A stretch of 64,000 bases of DNA from Candidatus Atelocyanobacterium thalassae. Its GTDB lineage: Bacteria; Cyanobacteriota; Cyanobacteriia; Cyanobacteriales; Microcystaceae. The stretch lies in NCBI GenBank assembly GCA_051971635.1, contig JBFPLN010000003.1, positions 128,001-192,000 of the forward strand. Direction: 5' to 3'. The number at the start of each line of letters is the position of its first letter. Within the stretch, counting starts at the first letter, position 1. The notes under the pieces were generated by a model, which saw only the letters and a program-made list of their open reading frames with translations, made no database searches and was not told the origin of the DNA. A program made the translations under genes and the position numbers. Shown in pieces: positions 1-10,773 of this stretch.

Positions 1-1
1 A

Positions 2-1630
2 GAATCTGCTTTAGCCGATATTAAAATTGGTCGTACCGTCATCGTTGTAGATGATGAGAACCGAGAAAATGAAGGTGATCTTATTTGTGCTGCTCAATTT
101 GCTACTTCTAGCAGTATAAATTTTATGGCGACAGAAGCAAGAGGCTTAGTTTGCTTAGCTATGAATGGAAAACAATTAGATGATTTAGATCTCCCTTTGA
201 TGGTCACTAAAAATACTGATAGTAATCAAACTGCTTTTACTGTAAGTATTGATGCTTCGCCTCATTTTGGCGTTACTACTGGTATTTCTGCAGAAGATAG
301 GGCAAAAACTATTCAAATTGCTATCGATCCTAGTACAGAACCTGAAGATTTAACTCGCCCTGGTCATATCTTTCCAATTCGTGCAAAAGTTGGAGGAGTT
401 CTGAAACGTGCTGGTCATACTGAAGCAGCTGTAGACTTGTCTAGGCTAGCAGGTTTATACCCTGCAGGTGTGATTTGTGAAATACAAAATTTAGATGGTT
501 CGATGGCTCGTTTACCAGAACTTGTTAATTACGCTAAAAAACATGACTTAAAGCTTATTAGTATTGCGGATCTAATTAGTTATCGTCTCCAACATGATCG
601 CTTTGTTTATAGAGAGACAGTGTGTCAATTTCCAAGTAAATTTGGAAGGTTTCAACTTTATGCCTATAGAAATGTATTAGATAATACAGAACATGTTGCA
701 ATTGTTAAAGGAGATCCTAATAAATTTAAAGAACATCCAGTAATGGTAAGAATGCATTCAGAATGCTTAACAGGTGATGCCTTAGGATCATTACGTTGTG
801 ATTGTAGGATGCAGTTACAAACTGCATTAAAAAAAATAGAAGAAGCAGAAGTAGGAGTTGTTGTTTACCTTAGGCAAGAAGGCAGAGGAATCGGTTTGAT
901 TAATAAGCTAAAAGCGTATTCACTACAAGATATAGGTCTTGACACTGTAGAGGCAAATGAAAGATTAGGATTTCCTGCAGATTTAAGAGACTATGGAATG
1001 GGAGCTCAAATGCTCAATGATTTAGGGGTAGAAAAGATACGTCTTATTACTAATAATCCAAGAAAAATTGCAGGTCTAAAAGGATATGGATTAGAAATAG
1101 TTGAACGTCTTCCATTATTAATAGAATCTAACGATTACAACTCTAATTATTTGAGAACAAAAGGAGAAAAATTAGGACATTTACTTTTGCAAACTTATTT
1201 AATAACTGTTGCTATTGACTGGAAAACAGAAATTGGATCAGTTACAGAACACTATAGATATTTAGAACAAGTACGTAACCTAAGTCGTTCTCTAGAACTC
1301 TTTCTACAAGAAGAGGTTAGACCAGTAGCAAGTGCCTTGTTTGAACAACCTTCAATAATATTTCATCTAGGTTTTAAACAGATTCAAAAAATTGATAAAA
1401 GCTGGTATTGTGATGCTAACAATATAAATGTGAAAGCTATTGCAAAGTTGCTTGATAATTTACTAAATTGGACAAGCATTAAACGTCTAGAATTTTTAAT
1501 TGCTTCTGAAGATGATCCTATGTCAGGTTTACAAGTTGGTCTTAAGCGGCGTTTATTCTCTTTAAACACAAAGCCTTCTCAAAGTACTGTCCCTTGGGAG
1601 AAACAAACTATTTATAGTTTTACTTTATAA
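2..1630 (+). CDS. ribBA: Bifunctional 3,4-dihydroxy-2-butanone-4-phosphate synthase / GTP cyclohydrolase II; 5'-truncated by the window edge
   Basis: Frame is open from base 2 ([27 protein letters not shown]); [24 protein letters not shown] and CDC motifs; C-terminal extension as in cyanobacteria. Confidence 0.97.
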   Translation, partial: ESALADIKIGRTVIVVDDENRENEGDLICAAQFATSSSINFMATEARGLVCLAMNGKQLDDLDLPLMVTKNTDSNQTAFTVSIDASPHFGVTTGISAEDRAKTIQIAIDPSTEPEDLTRPGHIFPIRAKVGGVLKRAGHTEAAVDLSRLAGLYPAGVICEIQNLDGSMARLPELVNYAKKHDLKLISIADLISYRLQHDRFVYRETVCQFPSKFGRFQLYAYRNVLDNTEHVAIVKGDPNKFKEHPVMVRMHSECLTGDALGSLRCDCRMQLQTALKKIEEAEVGVVVYLRQEGRGIGLINKLKAYSLQDIGLDTVEANERLGFPADLRDYGMGAQMLNDLGVEKIRLITNNPRKIAGLKGYGLEIVERLPLLIESNDYNSNYLRTKGEKLGHLLLQTYLITVAIDWKTEIGSVTEHYRYLEQVRNLSRSLELFLQEEVRPVASALFEQPSIIFHLGFKQIQKIDKSWYCDANNINVKAIAKLLDNLLNWTSIKRLEFLIASEDDPMSGLQVGLKRRLFSLNTKPSQSTVPWEKQTIYSFTL

Positions 1631-1693
1631 AATTGACATCAATAAATGATAAATATCATTTATATATGAATCCACTATGGTGAGTACAGAAAA

Positions 1694-2803
1694 ATGTTTC
1701 ATAGTCGTCGTAGCTTATTAATGATGATAGGAAGTATATTTGGAGTTAAAGCTTCTTCTCTAATACAAAATTTTCTAAATTCTGATAAAAATGCTGGTGT
1801 CCTCAAACGGAACTTAAATTTTTCAAATAAAGTATTAGCTAAATCCTTTGGTACCACTTCTTCTATCCACTCATCAAATCCTATAAAAGAACAAGTAAGA
1901 ATCATCGTTATTAGTGATCTAAATGATAGGTATGGAGCAACTAGTTATAGTCCAGAAGTTGTTAGAAGTTTATCTTTGATTAAACAATATCAACCCGATC
2001 TAGTCTTGTGCGCAGGAGATATGATCGCTGGTCAAAAGCATTCTTTAACCAAAAAACAGATACAAGCAATGTGGATGGCTTTTGATATTCATATCGCTTT
2101 ACCTCTCAAGCAACTAGAAATACCTTTTGGATTTTGTCTTGGTAATCATGATGCCTCAGGTGCAGTATATAGAAACCAGTTGACTTTCCATAAGGAAAGA
2201 ATGTTAGCTTCTAAATTTTGGAATGATCCTCAACATAGTCCTAGCTTAAATTTTATTGATAAAAGTCAATTCCCTTTTTACTATACCTTTAAACAAAGTA
2301 ATATATTCTACTTAGTCTTAGATGCTTCTACCCATATTATTTCTGAAGAACAATTAATTTGGATCCAAAATAGTTTAGAAAGCTTGGACTCTAAGAGAGC
2401 AAGTTTACGCTTCGTTATTGGTCATCTTCCTTTGTACCCTATCGCAGTTGGAAGGAACAATAATGGTAATTTCGTAAAAGATGGGGAAAAACTGCAACTT
2501 TTATTAGAAAAACATAACGTTCATACCTATGTTAGTGGTCATCAGCATGCTTATTATCCTGGCAAAAAAGGTAACCTAGAATTACTACATAGTGGAGCAT
2601 TAGGAGGAGGCCCTCGAAAATTATTAAATAGTAAATTATCTCCTATAAAGACATTGACAGTAATTAATGTTTCTCTACTTTTAAAAAAAACAAAATATAC
2701 TACTTATGATATGAGTAATTCAAAAATTTTAGATATTAAAACATTACCAAAATCAATTGGTAATATCTGGAGACAAGATATATCTTCTTCGAAAAATAAT
2801 TAA
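1694..2803 (+). CDS. Calcineurin-like metallophosphoesterase with probable Tat signal
   Basis: SDLN, AGDMI, LGNHD, GHLP and GHQH metal-binding motifs; N-terminal SRRSLL. Confidence 0.85.
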   Translation: MFHSRRSLLMMIGSIFGVKASSLIQNFLNSDKNAGVLKRNLNFSNKVLAKSFGTTSSIHSSNPIKEQVRIIVISDLNDRYGATSYSPEVVRSLSLIKQYQPDLVLCAGDMIAGQKHSLTKKQIQAMWMAFDIHIALPLKQLEIPFGFCLGNHDASGAVYRNQLTFHKERMLASKFWNDPQHSPSLNFIDKSQFPFYYTFKQSNIFYLVLDASTHIISEEQLIWIQNSLESLDSKRASLRFVIGHLPLYPIAVGRNNNGNFVKDGEKLQLLLEKHNVHTYVSGHQHAYYPGKKGNLELLHSGALGGGPRKLLNSKLSPIKTLTVINVSLLLKKTKYTTYDMSNSKILDIKTLPKSIGNIWRQDISSSKNN

Positions 2804-2859
2804 TAATATATAAATTGAGAAAATTAGTTAAAGCAAATAAAATTTTAAGGCTTTTTTAA

Positions 2860-2893
2860 AAATAAATTCTGTTTAATTAAACAGAATTTATTT
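2860..2893. repeat. Perfect 34-bp palindrome (17-bp arms, no loop)
   Basis: AAATAAATTCTGTTTAA|TTAAACAGAATTTATTT. Confidence 0.9.
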
Positions 2894-2916
2894 CATCAAC
2901 ATTTTTTAGGTAGATT

Positions 2917-3831
2917 ATGAAGAATCAATTAATAACAACAAAAAAAGTCATCTTATTTACAATATCTATATTGGTACTTAGTTTTCCAGGAAATTATGCA
3001 CGAGCTGGTGATCCTTTTCGTAAAATTAAGCCAAGACCTATCGGAGAAAATACTATAACAGCTTTTACTGAAATATTTAAAAAAGGTAATTATATACAAG
3101 GCAAAAATTATTTACAAAAAGCAATAGCAACTGAAGGTAATGAACCTCTAGCCTATGCAATAGAAGCATCATTAGCCTACTCAAATGAAGACTGGGAAAC
3201 CATGAAATATTCTGCAAATAAAACTTTAGCTGTTGCTAAAAAACTAGTATCTAGCGATTTATTGAGGGGTAATCTATATCAAGCAGTAGGCCATTTCCTT
3301 GAGGGAGCCCATGCATTTAAAATACATGGGCCTTTAGGAGCAGTTGATAAGTTACAGTTAGTTTTTGATTATCTTGATATAGCTGAAAATATTGATCCAG
3401 AAGATCCAGAACTGAACCTACTAAAAGGGTATCTTGATTTAATATTATCGGTTAATTTACCATTTTCATCACCAAAAGATGCTATTTCACGTTTTGAGAG
3501 GCATGCAGCTCCAAAATATATGGTTAATCGTGCTTTGTTTGCAGCTTATCGAGATTTGGAAGAATATACCACAGCTATGAAATATATTAATATGGCTCTT
3601 CATGATAGTCCTAATAATCCAGAGCTACAATATCTCAAAGGACAATTACTTCGTAAACAAGGTAAAACTAAAAAGAATAATAGAGAAAGTCTTAATTTAC
3701 TTAAGGAAGCATATAACTATTTTGATAAGGCTATGATTAAGTTTAATCAGTTACCAAAAGGTATTCAAATCCCTTTACGCCATGATCATCGAGCTATACA
3801 AGATGAAATAAATAGTATTGTAGCAAATTAA
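2917..3831 (+). CDS. Sll0314/Alr1548-family TPR repeat protein, signal peptide
   Basis: Signal peptide, then AGDPFR; DPEDPELNLLKGYLDL and PNNPELQYLKGQ TPR-like helices. Confidence 0.8.
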   Translation: MKNQLITTKKVILFTISILVLSFPGNYARAGDPFRKIKPRPIGENTITAFTEIFKKGNYIQGKNYLQKAIATEGNEPLAYAIEASLAYSNEDWETMKYSANKTLAVAKKLVSSDLLRGNLYQAVGHFLEGAHAFKIHGPLGAVDKLQLVFDYLDIAENIDPEDPELNLLKGYLDLILSVNLPFSSPKDAISRFERHAAPKYMVNRALFAAYRDLEEYTTAMKYINMALHDSPNNPELQYLKGQLLRKQGKTKKNNRESLNLLKEAYNYFDKAMIKFNQLPKGIQIPLRHDHRAIQDEINSIVAN

Positions 3832-3854
3832 TAGCTTAATATTTTTGTATATGT

Positions 3855-4661
3855 TTAGTGAAATAACCAAAACCATACAATATATGCTAGAGCTTTGACA
3901 CCATCTTTCCAATTAATTTTTTTCCCTTCTTCATAAGTTCTTCCATAATATGAAATACCAGTTTCGTATATACGCCATTTACGAGCCTTAGTAACTTTAA
4001 TTGTAAATTCTACTTCAAAACCAAAGTCATTACAAACAAGTTCCATTTCACTTACGACTTCACGACGAAACATTTTATAGCAAACCTCAATATCGGTAAG
4101 AGTGGTATTACACAATAAATTAATTAAATTAGAAATTACTTGGTTCCCTAAAAGATGATGGAAATAGAGTACTCGATGAGGTTCTCCATAAAACCGACTT
4201 CCATAAACTATATCTGCGTGATTGCCTGCAATTAGCTTCCACATCCGCTTCCAATCCTGTGGATCATATTCTAAATCAGCGTCTTGTATAATAAGAACTT
4301 CTCCAGTAGATTTTTTAAATCCTGTTCTTAATGCTGCCCCCTTACCTTGATTAAAATGATGAAAAATTATATTTACTGTTATGGAAGCTATTTCTAATTC
4401 TTCTTGTGTAGACAATTGCTGTAAATTATTTTCAATTTTATTTACAGCTATAAGAGAGCCATGGTTTAATACTGCTTCAACAGGCTCTTTATTGGCAGAT
4501 CCAAAAGTTTTTAATAACCATTCTCGAGTACCATCAGTAGATCCATCGTCTACTAGGATGATTTCTTTATCTACTTTCGGGAGAGCCATAGCTATTTTTG
4601 CTAGAATAGTAGCTATGGTATGGATTTCATTGTAAACGGGGATAATAATAGACAGCTTCAT
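3855..4661 (-). CDS. Glycosyltransferase family 2 (DPM1/ArnC-like polyprenol-phosphate glycosyltransferase)
   Basis: LSIIIPVYNE, VDDGSTDGT, NQGKGAA, IQDADLEYDP, GSRF and GKKINWKDG motifs. Confidence 0.9.
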   Translation of the reverse strand: MKLSIIIPVYNEIHTIATILAKIAMALPKVDKEIILVDDGSTDGTREWLLKTFGSANKEPVEAVLNHGSLIAVNKIENNLQQLSTQEELEIASITVNIIFHHFNQGKGAALRTGFKKSTGEVLIIQDADLEYDPQDWKRMWKLIAGNHADIVYGSRFYGEPHRVLYFHHLLGNQVISNLINLLCNTTLTDIEVCYKMFRREVVSEMELVCNDFGFEVEFTIKVTKARKWRIYETGISYYGRTYEEGKKINWKDGVKALAYIVWFWLFH

Positions 4662-5051
4662 ATGACACTTTTAAAATAGCTGAAATTACAAAAGAACATA
4701 ATCTTAGCTTTTTATATAGAATATTTTTGTTTTAACATGAGAATTTTTTCATTCATGGTGAAGACTTGTTGAAGTTGATTTAGTTCCTCCGTTCAAATTT
4801 TGAACTTTACAAGATATCCTATAGAATGTCTAAAGATAACCATTTAAATGTAAAAGTAGCTGTTAGTTCTAATTCATTTTTCTATCTCAATATCCTTATT
4901 TGTAAAAAATTAAGCTTTGATCTTCCCGTCTCTAAATGTCAAGATAAAAATTTTGATGAGAAAGTTTAATAAAAACTAATATGAACTTAACAGAGAATCA
5001 AACGAGAATTAGACAAAGCAGTTAAAAATTAGTGAGCAATCATTAGACACT

Positions 5052-5867
5052 GTGAAAATCTTTTTATTATTAGCATCTTTATCAATTACTCAAGTATTAG
5101 GCGATATTTTTTTAAGTCGAGGGATGAAGGACTTCGTTGGTTTTGATTCCTCCGGTCCAACAGTTGTTCTATATCTAATTACCTATGTCCTAACTAATTA
5201 TTGGATTTTATCAGGTTTAGGGATATTGATAATTTCTTTAAGTCTTTATTTGACAGCAATTTCAAAATTAGACCTTAGTTATGTTCTACCTATCCATGCC
5301 TCTAGCTACGTGCTAAATGGTATTTTTGCTTGGGCTATTTTGGGAGAGGACGTTACAAGCATGAGGTGGGTAAGTACTTTTGTTATTTCTTGTGGTGCAC
5401 TATGTGTAGGATTAAGCGATAGTAATACGGCTAATTCATGTCAGCACAATAACTTTAAATCTAGAAATTTACCATTATTTTTTCTACCGTTTAGTTTAAC
5501 TATCTCAAAAACTTGGTTAGCAATCATGATTAGCTCTATGTCTGATGCTAGCGGAGATTTATTATTAGCAGTTGGCATGAAAAAAATAGGAGAAATAGAG
5601 AAAGTAACTTTCCCAGAAGTAAAGAAAATGATTATTAAAATAATAACAAGCCCTTTAATAATTAGTGGTATTGCATGCCAAGGTATCGCATTCTTTAGTT
5701 TCATCTCTGTTTTAAGTTGGACAGATCTTAGTTTTGCCCGTCCAGCAACTGCACTGACCTATATCATAAGTATGTTAGGGGCCAAACTAATATTAAAAGA
5801 AGATATCCAGAAACAAAAACTATGGGGAATAATCTTAATAGGATTAGGAGTTTTTATACATCGTTAA
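5052..5867 (+). CDS. DMT/EamA-superfamily membrane protein with two SMR/ArnE-F-like halves
   Basis: Two similar hydrophobic halves (GDIFLSRGMK / GDLLLAVGMK; DLSYVLP / DLSFARP; ILGE / ILKE); GTG start. Confidence 0.8.
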   Translation: MKIFLLLASLSITQVLGDIFLSRGMKDFVGFDSSGPTVVLYLITYVLTNYWILSGLGILIISLSLYLTAISKLDLSYVLPIHASSYVLNGIFAWAILGEDVTSMRWVSTFVISCGALCVGLSDSNTANSCQHNNFKSRNLPLFFLPFSLTISKTWLAIMISSMSDASGDLLLAVGMKKIGEIEKVTFPEVKKMIIKIITSPLIISGIACQGIAFFSFISVLSWTDLSFARPATALTYIISMLGAKLILKEDIQKQKLWGIILIGLGVFIHR

Positions 5868-6097
5868 TTCAAGCTTGAATAAAATGGTCATAATCTTCAT
5901 ATAAAAATATATTTAGATGAACTATATTTTAAACTTTGGCCAAGCAATTATTTGTTTGAGTTGCGAAATTAGATACAAAATAGCAGATAAAGAAGACTAT
6001 TATCTGTGAAAAACAATAGTTCTTGCCTCTTGTTGGATGATCTAAAAATTATTTTCCGCTATAATCAGCCTCAGTCACAGTTTTCTATCAATTAACA

Positions 6098-6379
6098 ATG
6101 AATAAAGAAGACCTCGTTAACACTATTGCTGCAAAGACTCGCCTTACTAAAAAAGAAACGAGTCAAATTCTAGATGCATTAACGAATACAATTATGGAAA
6201 CAGTTGCTTCTGGGAGCAAGGTAGTTTTGGTAGGATTTGGAACATTTGAGCCAAGAGACAGAAAAGAAAGGAAAGGTATGAATCCTCAAACAGGACAGCC
6301 AATTACTATTCCTGCAACTACAGTACCAGCATTTTCTGCTGGTAAAGTTTTCAAAGAAAAGGTTGTAGAATCTATGTAG
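6098..6379 (+). CDS. hup: HU family DNA-binding protein
   Basis: MNKEDLV...VGFGTF...RKGMNPQTG...PAFSAGKVFKE. Confidence 0.97.
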   Translation: MNKEDLVNTIAAKTRLTKKETSQILDALTNTIMETVASGSKVVLVGFGTFEPRDRKERKGMNPQTGQPITIPATTVPAFSAGKVFKEKVVESM

Positions 6380-6432
6380 CTAAATGTCTTATGCAGATTT
6401 TGTATAATATCTCATTACAAAACTGTTTTAAA

Positions 6433-6468
6433 ATCAAATACCTATATCAATTGATATAGGTATTTGAT
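6433..6468. repeat. Perfect 36-bp palindrome 3' of hup (possible terminator/stability hairpin)
   Basis: ATCAAATACCTATATCAA|TTGATATAGGTATTTGAT. Confidence 0.9.
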
Positions 6469-6592
6469 GAGGCTTAGATTTATTTTAAATAAATTTTTTT
6501 TTAATATTATCTAGCTCTTCATTATTTAAACGGAGTTAGTCATAAGATATTTACATCGTATATTTCTACACACAATACCTATATACAAATTA

Positions 6593-6772
6593 ATGGTGAC
6601 TTATTTTATTGAAGTAACAATTAAGATACCAGAAAATATCAAGACATTTCAGAAGAATATACAAATAGAATTATTAAAATATGGACAACCTTTACGTTGG
6701 GCAATTACAAAAGTTGATATTCATAAAAAAACTGCTCAAATAGAAGCTGTTGTCATCAAAAACTGTTTGTAG
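6593..6772 (+). CDS. Small conserved cyanobacterial hypothetical protein, 59 aa (not in ORF track)
   Basis: My translation: MVTYFIEVTIKIPENIKTFQKNIQIELLKYGQPLRWAITKVDIHKKTAQIEAVVIKNCL*; G(E/Q)PLRWAIT...IEAVV motif recalled from small genes upstream of DUF3326. Confidence 0.75.
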   Translation: MVTYFIEVTIKIPENIKTFQKNIQIELLKYGQPLRWAITKVDIHKKTAQIEAVVIKNCL

Positions 6773-6846
6773 CTAAATGTGAAGTTGTTCTAAATTTCAC
6801 AATTTAATTATACTAAAAATATTAATTATTATCTTGTAACAAATTT

Positions 6847-7896
6847 GTGATTAGTCGTCCTTATAGTGCTGTTTTAATTGTTCCTACAGGTATTGGAGCG
6901 TCTATTGGTGGTTATGCTGGAGATGCTTTACCTTTAGCTAGAGCTATGGCAGAAGTATGTGATTATTTAATTACTCATCCTAATGTTCTAAATGGAGCGC
7001 AATTATACTGGCCCTCTAGCAATATTCTTTATGTTGAGGGCTATGGATTAGATAATTTTGCTTGTGGTAATTGGGGGTTAAGTCCAGTACTTTCAAATAA
7101 AGTAGGATTAATTCTCGATCAAGGCATTGAATCAGAATTAATGTCTAGGAATATACAGGCTGCTAATGCAGCTAGAGGAACTCTTGGCCTAAGATTAACT
7201 GACTATATAGTTACAGATGCTCCATTAGGAGTAGAAATTCGTATCGCCGACTCAGGAACAAGCTGGGGAACAATTAATAATCCAGGTAGCTTACTACGAG
7301 CTGCTGAAAAATTGATCGATAAAAATGGAGCTGAGGCGATCGCTATAGTATCTCGTTTCCCCGATGAAATAGATGAGACATTAATTAATAATTATCGTTC
7401 TGGAAATGGGGTAGATCCTATAGCAGGTGCTGAGGCAGTGATTTCACATTTAATAGTTCATCAATTTTCTGTTCCAGCCGCTCATGCTCCTGCTTTATAT
7501 CCTTTACCATTAGATAATACTGTTTCTCCCCGTTCGGCAGCAGAAGAATTAGGATATACGTTTTTATCTTCTGTCTTAGTCGGATTAAGTCGCGCACCGC
7601 AATTTATCAGTAAAAAAGGTTTACATAGTATTTGGGCTGATGATGTTGATGCTTTGATAATACCAGCAACTACTTGTGGAGGTTCATCTATTCTTAGCTT
7701 TAGTCAAAGAGATTCACTTATAATAGCAGTAGCGGAAAATAAGACAGCTATTAATGTTCCACCTGAATCATTAGGACTAAAAACTATTACAGTAGATTCA
7801 TATTTAGAAGCATTAGGCGTTTTGGTAGCTCATAAAACTGGTATTGATATAAATACTCTTAAACCTAATTTATCTTCTTTATCTTTACTGACTTAA
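6847..7896 (+). CDS. DUF3326 domain protein
   Basis: LIVPTGIGASIGGYAGDA, ITHPNVLNGA, GVDPIAGAEAVISH, AAEELGYTFL. Confidence 0.85.
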   Translation: MISRPYSAVLIVPTGIGASIGGYAGDALPLARAMAEVCDYLITHPNVLNGAQLYWPSSNILYVEGYGLDNFACGNWGLSPVLSNKVGLILDQGIESELMSRNIQAANAARGTLGLRLTDYIVTDAPLGVEIRIADSGTSWGTINNPGSLLRAAEKLIDKNGAEAIAIVSRFPDEIDETLINNYRSGNGVDPIAGAEAVISHLIVHQFSVPAAHAPALYPLPLDNTVSPRSAAEELGYTFLSSVLVGLSRAPQFISKKGLHSIWADDVDALIIPATTCGGSSILSFSQRDSLIIAVAENKTAINVPPESLGLKTITVDSYLEALGVLVAHKTGIDINTLKPNLSSLSLLT

Positions 7897-7932
7897 AACT
7901 AATTAATTTTTATTTCAGCTTACATATTTATT

Positions 7933-7969
7933 GAATTTTTAACATCTTGTAACAAGATGTTAAAAATTC
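7933..7969. repeat. Perfect inverted repeat, 18-bp arms, 1-nt spacer
   Basis: GAATTTTTAACATCTTGT-A-ACAAGATGTTAAAAATTC. Confidence 0.9.
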
Positions 7970-8006
7970 TCACTATACTACCTCTTAGTTAACTTTTTAT
8001 TATTTT

Positions 8007-8462
8007 ATGGAAATCAAATTTCGAGAATTTAATCCTTTTGACTTATGGATATGGTTAGAATTTGAAACCTCTCCATCTCACTTAGAAAAACGATACATCG
8101 AAGAAGTATTTAATTCTTGGTTTTATTTAGGTAAATTAGGTGCTTTTAATGCCGAAAATTTGCAAGTACAAGATGCTGGAGTTGATATTAGTTATATTAA
8201 TTACAATACAGATATTCTTGATAATAGTATGATGGCTCTTATGCACAACATAGGGGATTTTGAATACAACAGTTTGTGGGGACGTTGTTGGCTCGATTTA
8301 GGTACTAGTGATTTATTTGCACTAGACATTTTAATAAATTCCTTAAATCAATTGAATAAAGAACTAGTCACAATTAAACAATTTGTTGTTGGAGGGGAAA
8401 ATGAAGATTGGCGTATAGTAACACAAGAAGAATCTATGTTCGTTGATCAGAATTCAGTATGA
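8007..8462 (+). CDS. DUF3531 family protein
   Basis: FREFNPFDLWIWLEF, SWFYLGKLGAFNAENLQV, RCWLDLGTSD. Confidence 0.8.
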   Translation: MEIKFREFNPFDLWIWLEFETSPSHLEKRYIEEVFNSWFYLGKLGAFNAENLQVQDAGVDISYINYNTDILDNSMMALMHNIGDFEYNSLWGRCWLDLGTSDLFALDILINSLNQLNKELVTIKQFVVGGENEDWRIVTQEESMFVDQNSV

Positions 8463-8634
8463 AATCTTAAAAGTTATGATTAGGGTCATTCAATTTGGAT
8501 ATTATTATCCTATTTTTTTAGAAATTTTAATCAAAATATAAGAACTATAAAATTAGAGATTGTAAAATCTTATTAATAATATAGTTCCTATATTATTTAA
8601 GGAATACAGCTATATATATTGCAATCTTAAACTA

Positions 8635-10773
8635 TTAGCTTTTAACAATTGCGCCGAAGTCCGCTAATATTCTTCCGTAATTACGTAAAATTCCTAATAA
8701 ATTTAAACGATTTTGTTTGATCTTATGATTTTTATCCATTACCAAAACACTATCCTCACCATCGAAAAATTCGTTTACTGCAGGAGTAATGTTAATCAGA
8801 CCTTCAATTAATAACTCATAATTTTTATTAGTTTTGATAACATCTACTGTGGATACCAAATTTAATAAACTATCATATAATTCTTGTTCAGATAATTTTT
8901 CAAATAAATTAGTGTCAATTATTTTATAAGGGTCAAGTTCTGTATATTCAAGACTACCTTGCTTTGCTAGCCGAGCCGAACGATTAACAGTCTGATATAC
9001 TTTGTCCAGGATCCCATTGTCACGTATATTTTGTAAAAATTGAGTGCGTCTTTTTAAATCTGTAATATCTTGCAGAGCGCGTTCAATATATTCAGAATCC
9101 ATATCACCTAGTACTGCATTCACTAAGTCATAGTCAATCTTTATTTCATCTTGTAGTAGAGATTGAACTCGTTGAACAAAAAAATGTTTTAATAATTTTA
9201 AAGGAGATTCTTTGTTAGGCTTACTGAGAATAAACGAATTACATTCTTGGGATATTAAATCAGATAAATCTATAGATAGTTGAGATTCCCATATTATTGA
9301 TATAATTGAGTTTGCTGCTCTTCTTAAACCGAAAGGATCAGAGGATCCTGTTGGAATCATTCCTAGGCCAAAAATTCCAATTAAGGTATCTAAACGATCA
9401 GCAATTCCAACAACAATACCTGTTAAAGATTTTGGCATTTGATCATCAGATCCACGTGGCAGATAATGGTCAAAGATCCCCTGAGCAACAATTTCTGATT
9501 CTCCACTAACTAATGCATACTTCTCTCCCATAATTCCCTGCAATTCTGGAAATTCGTATACCATTTGGGTTACAAGATCAGCTTTACATAATAGAGATGT
9601 TCTAATAACTTCTTCTCTTTGCTGTGGCGTTAGTTGTAATTGATAGGATATTTGCTTAACAATGTTTATAATTCGATTTACTTTATCTCTTATACTTCCT
9701 AATTCTTGCTGAAAAGTAACGTTTTCTAGTTTAGGTAAATAGCTGCTTAAAGATTGATTACAGTCAGATATATAAAAAAATTGAGCATCTGAAAGTCTAG
9801 CTTTTAATACTCTTTCATTTCCTCGAATAATTATTGCATTCTTATTAGGATCACCATTAGAAATACTAATAAATTGAGGTAGAAGTTGATTATTAGATGT
9901 TTCTTTAATAGGAAAATACCTTTGGTGCTTAATCATAACAGTTGTTATAACTTCGTCGGGGAGTTCCAAAAATTCTTGGTCGAAATTTCCTAAAATTGCT
10001 GTAGGGTATTCAACTAAATTTACAACTTCTGTTAGTAATTCTTGAGAAGTATCAATGACTCCTCTCAAGTTTTTAGTTATTGCTTTAATACCATTATCAA
10101 TGATATTATGACGTTGAATAGGGTCAACTTCAACATAAGCAGATCTTAGTATATCTAGATAGGAAGCAGCATGTGGAATATTAATGGGGCCAGGATTTAA
10201 AATTCTATGTCCATATGAAAAAGAGTCACTACTTATTACAGTACTTCCATTTTCAATTTTTATAGGTAATATTTGAGAATCACATAAAGATACTATCCAT
10301 CGAATAGGACGAGAAAATTTAAAACTGCCATTGCCCCATTTCATAAACCGTTTGCCTTCTAAAGCATTAATCCAAGTGTGAATTAACTTTGGTAAAATTT
10401 CAATTGTTTCAATACCATGAATTTTCTTGTCAACGAATATACAGTCTCCTTTTTTAGTAGAGCGAATTTCTAAACAATCAATTGTAATATTTTGTTTTCG
10501 TACAAATCCTTCTAAAGCTGCAGTTGGGTTTCCTTCGTTAAATGCTGCCTTAACACTGGGCCCTTTTATCAACTCATTACGTTCTTTCTGCTTTTCCAAT
10601 AGTCCAGAAATAGTCACAGCTAGTCGCCTTGGTGTTCCATACACAGAAATAGACTCTGAAGTCAAAAAATTTTTTTCTAGGCTAGTAGGAATTATTTGTT
10701 TCCATTGATTAATAGCATGGTTAATAAAACTTGTAGGTAATTCTTCTGTACCAATTTCTAATAAAAAAATCAT
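8635..10773 (-). CDS. glyS: Glycine--tRNA ligase beta subunit
   Basis: FLLEIGTEELP, TPRRLA, FSRPIRWI, HQRYFP, EFPELQG, GSSDPFGLRR. Confidence 0.97.
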   Translation of the reverse strand: MIFLLEIGTEELPTSFINHAINQWKQIIPTSLEKNFLTSESISVYGTPRRLAVTISGLLEKQKERNELIKGPSVKAAFNEGNPTAALEGFVRKQNITIDCLEIRSTKKGDCIFVDKKIHGIETIEILPKLIHTWINALEGKRFMKWGNGSFKFSRPIRWIVSLCDSQILPIKIENGSTVISSDSFSYGHRILNPGPINIPHAASYLDILRSAYVEVDPIQRHNIIDNGIKAITKNLRGVIDTSQELLTEVVNLVEYPTAILGNFDQEFLELPDEVITTVMIKHQRYFPIKETSNNQLLPQFISISNGDPNKNAIIIRGNERVLKARLSDAQFFYISDCNQSLSSYLPKLENVTFQQELGSIRDKVNRIINIVKQISYQLQLTPQQREEVIRTSLLCKADLVTQMVYEFPELQGIMGEKYALVSGESEIVAQGIFDHYLPRGSDDQMPKSLTGIVVGIADRLDTLIGIFGLGMIPTGSSDPFGLRRAANSIISIIWESQLSIDLSDLISQECNSFILSKPNKESPLKLLKHFFVQRVQSLLQDEIKIDYDLVNAVLGDMDSEYIERALQDITDLKRRTQFLQNIRDNGILDKVYQTVNRSARLAKQGSLEYTELDPYKIIDTNLFEKLSEQELYDSLLNLVSTVDVIKTNKNYELLIEGLINITPAVNEFFDGEDSVLVMDKNHKIKQNRLNLLGILRNYGRILADFGAIVKS

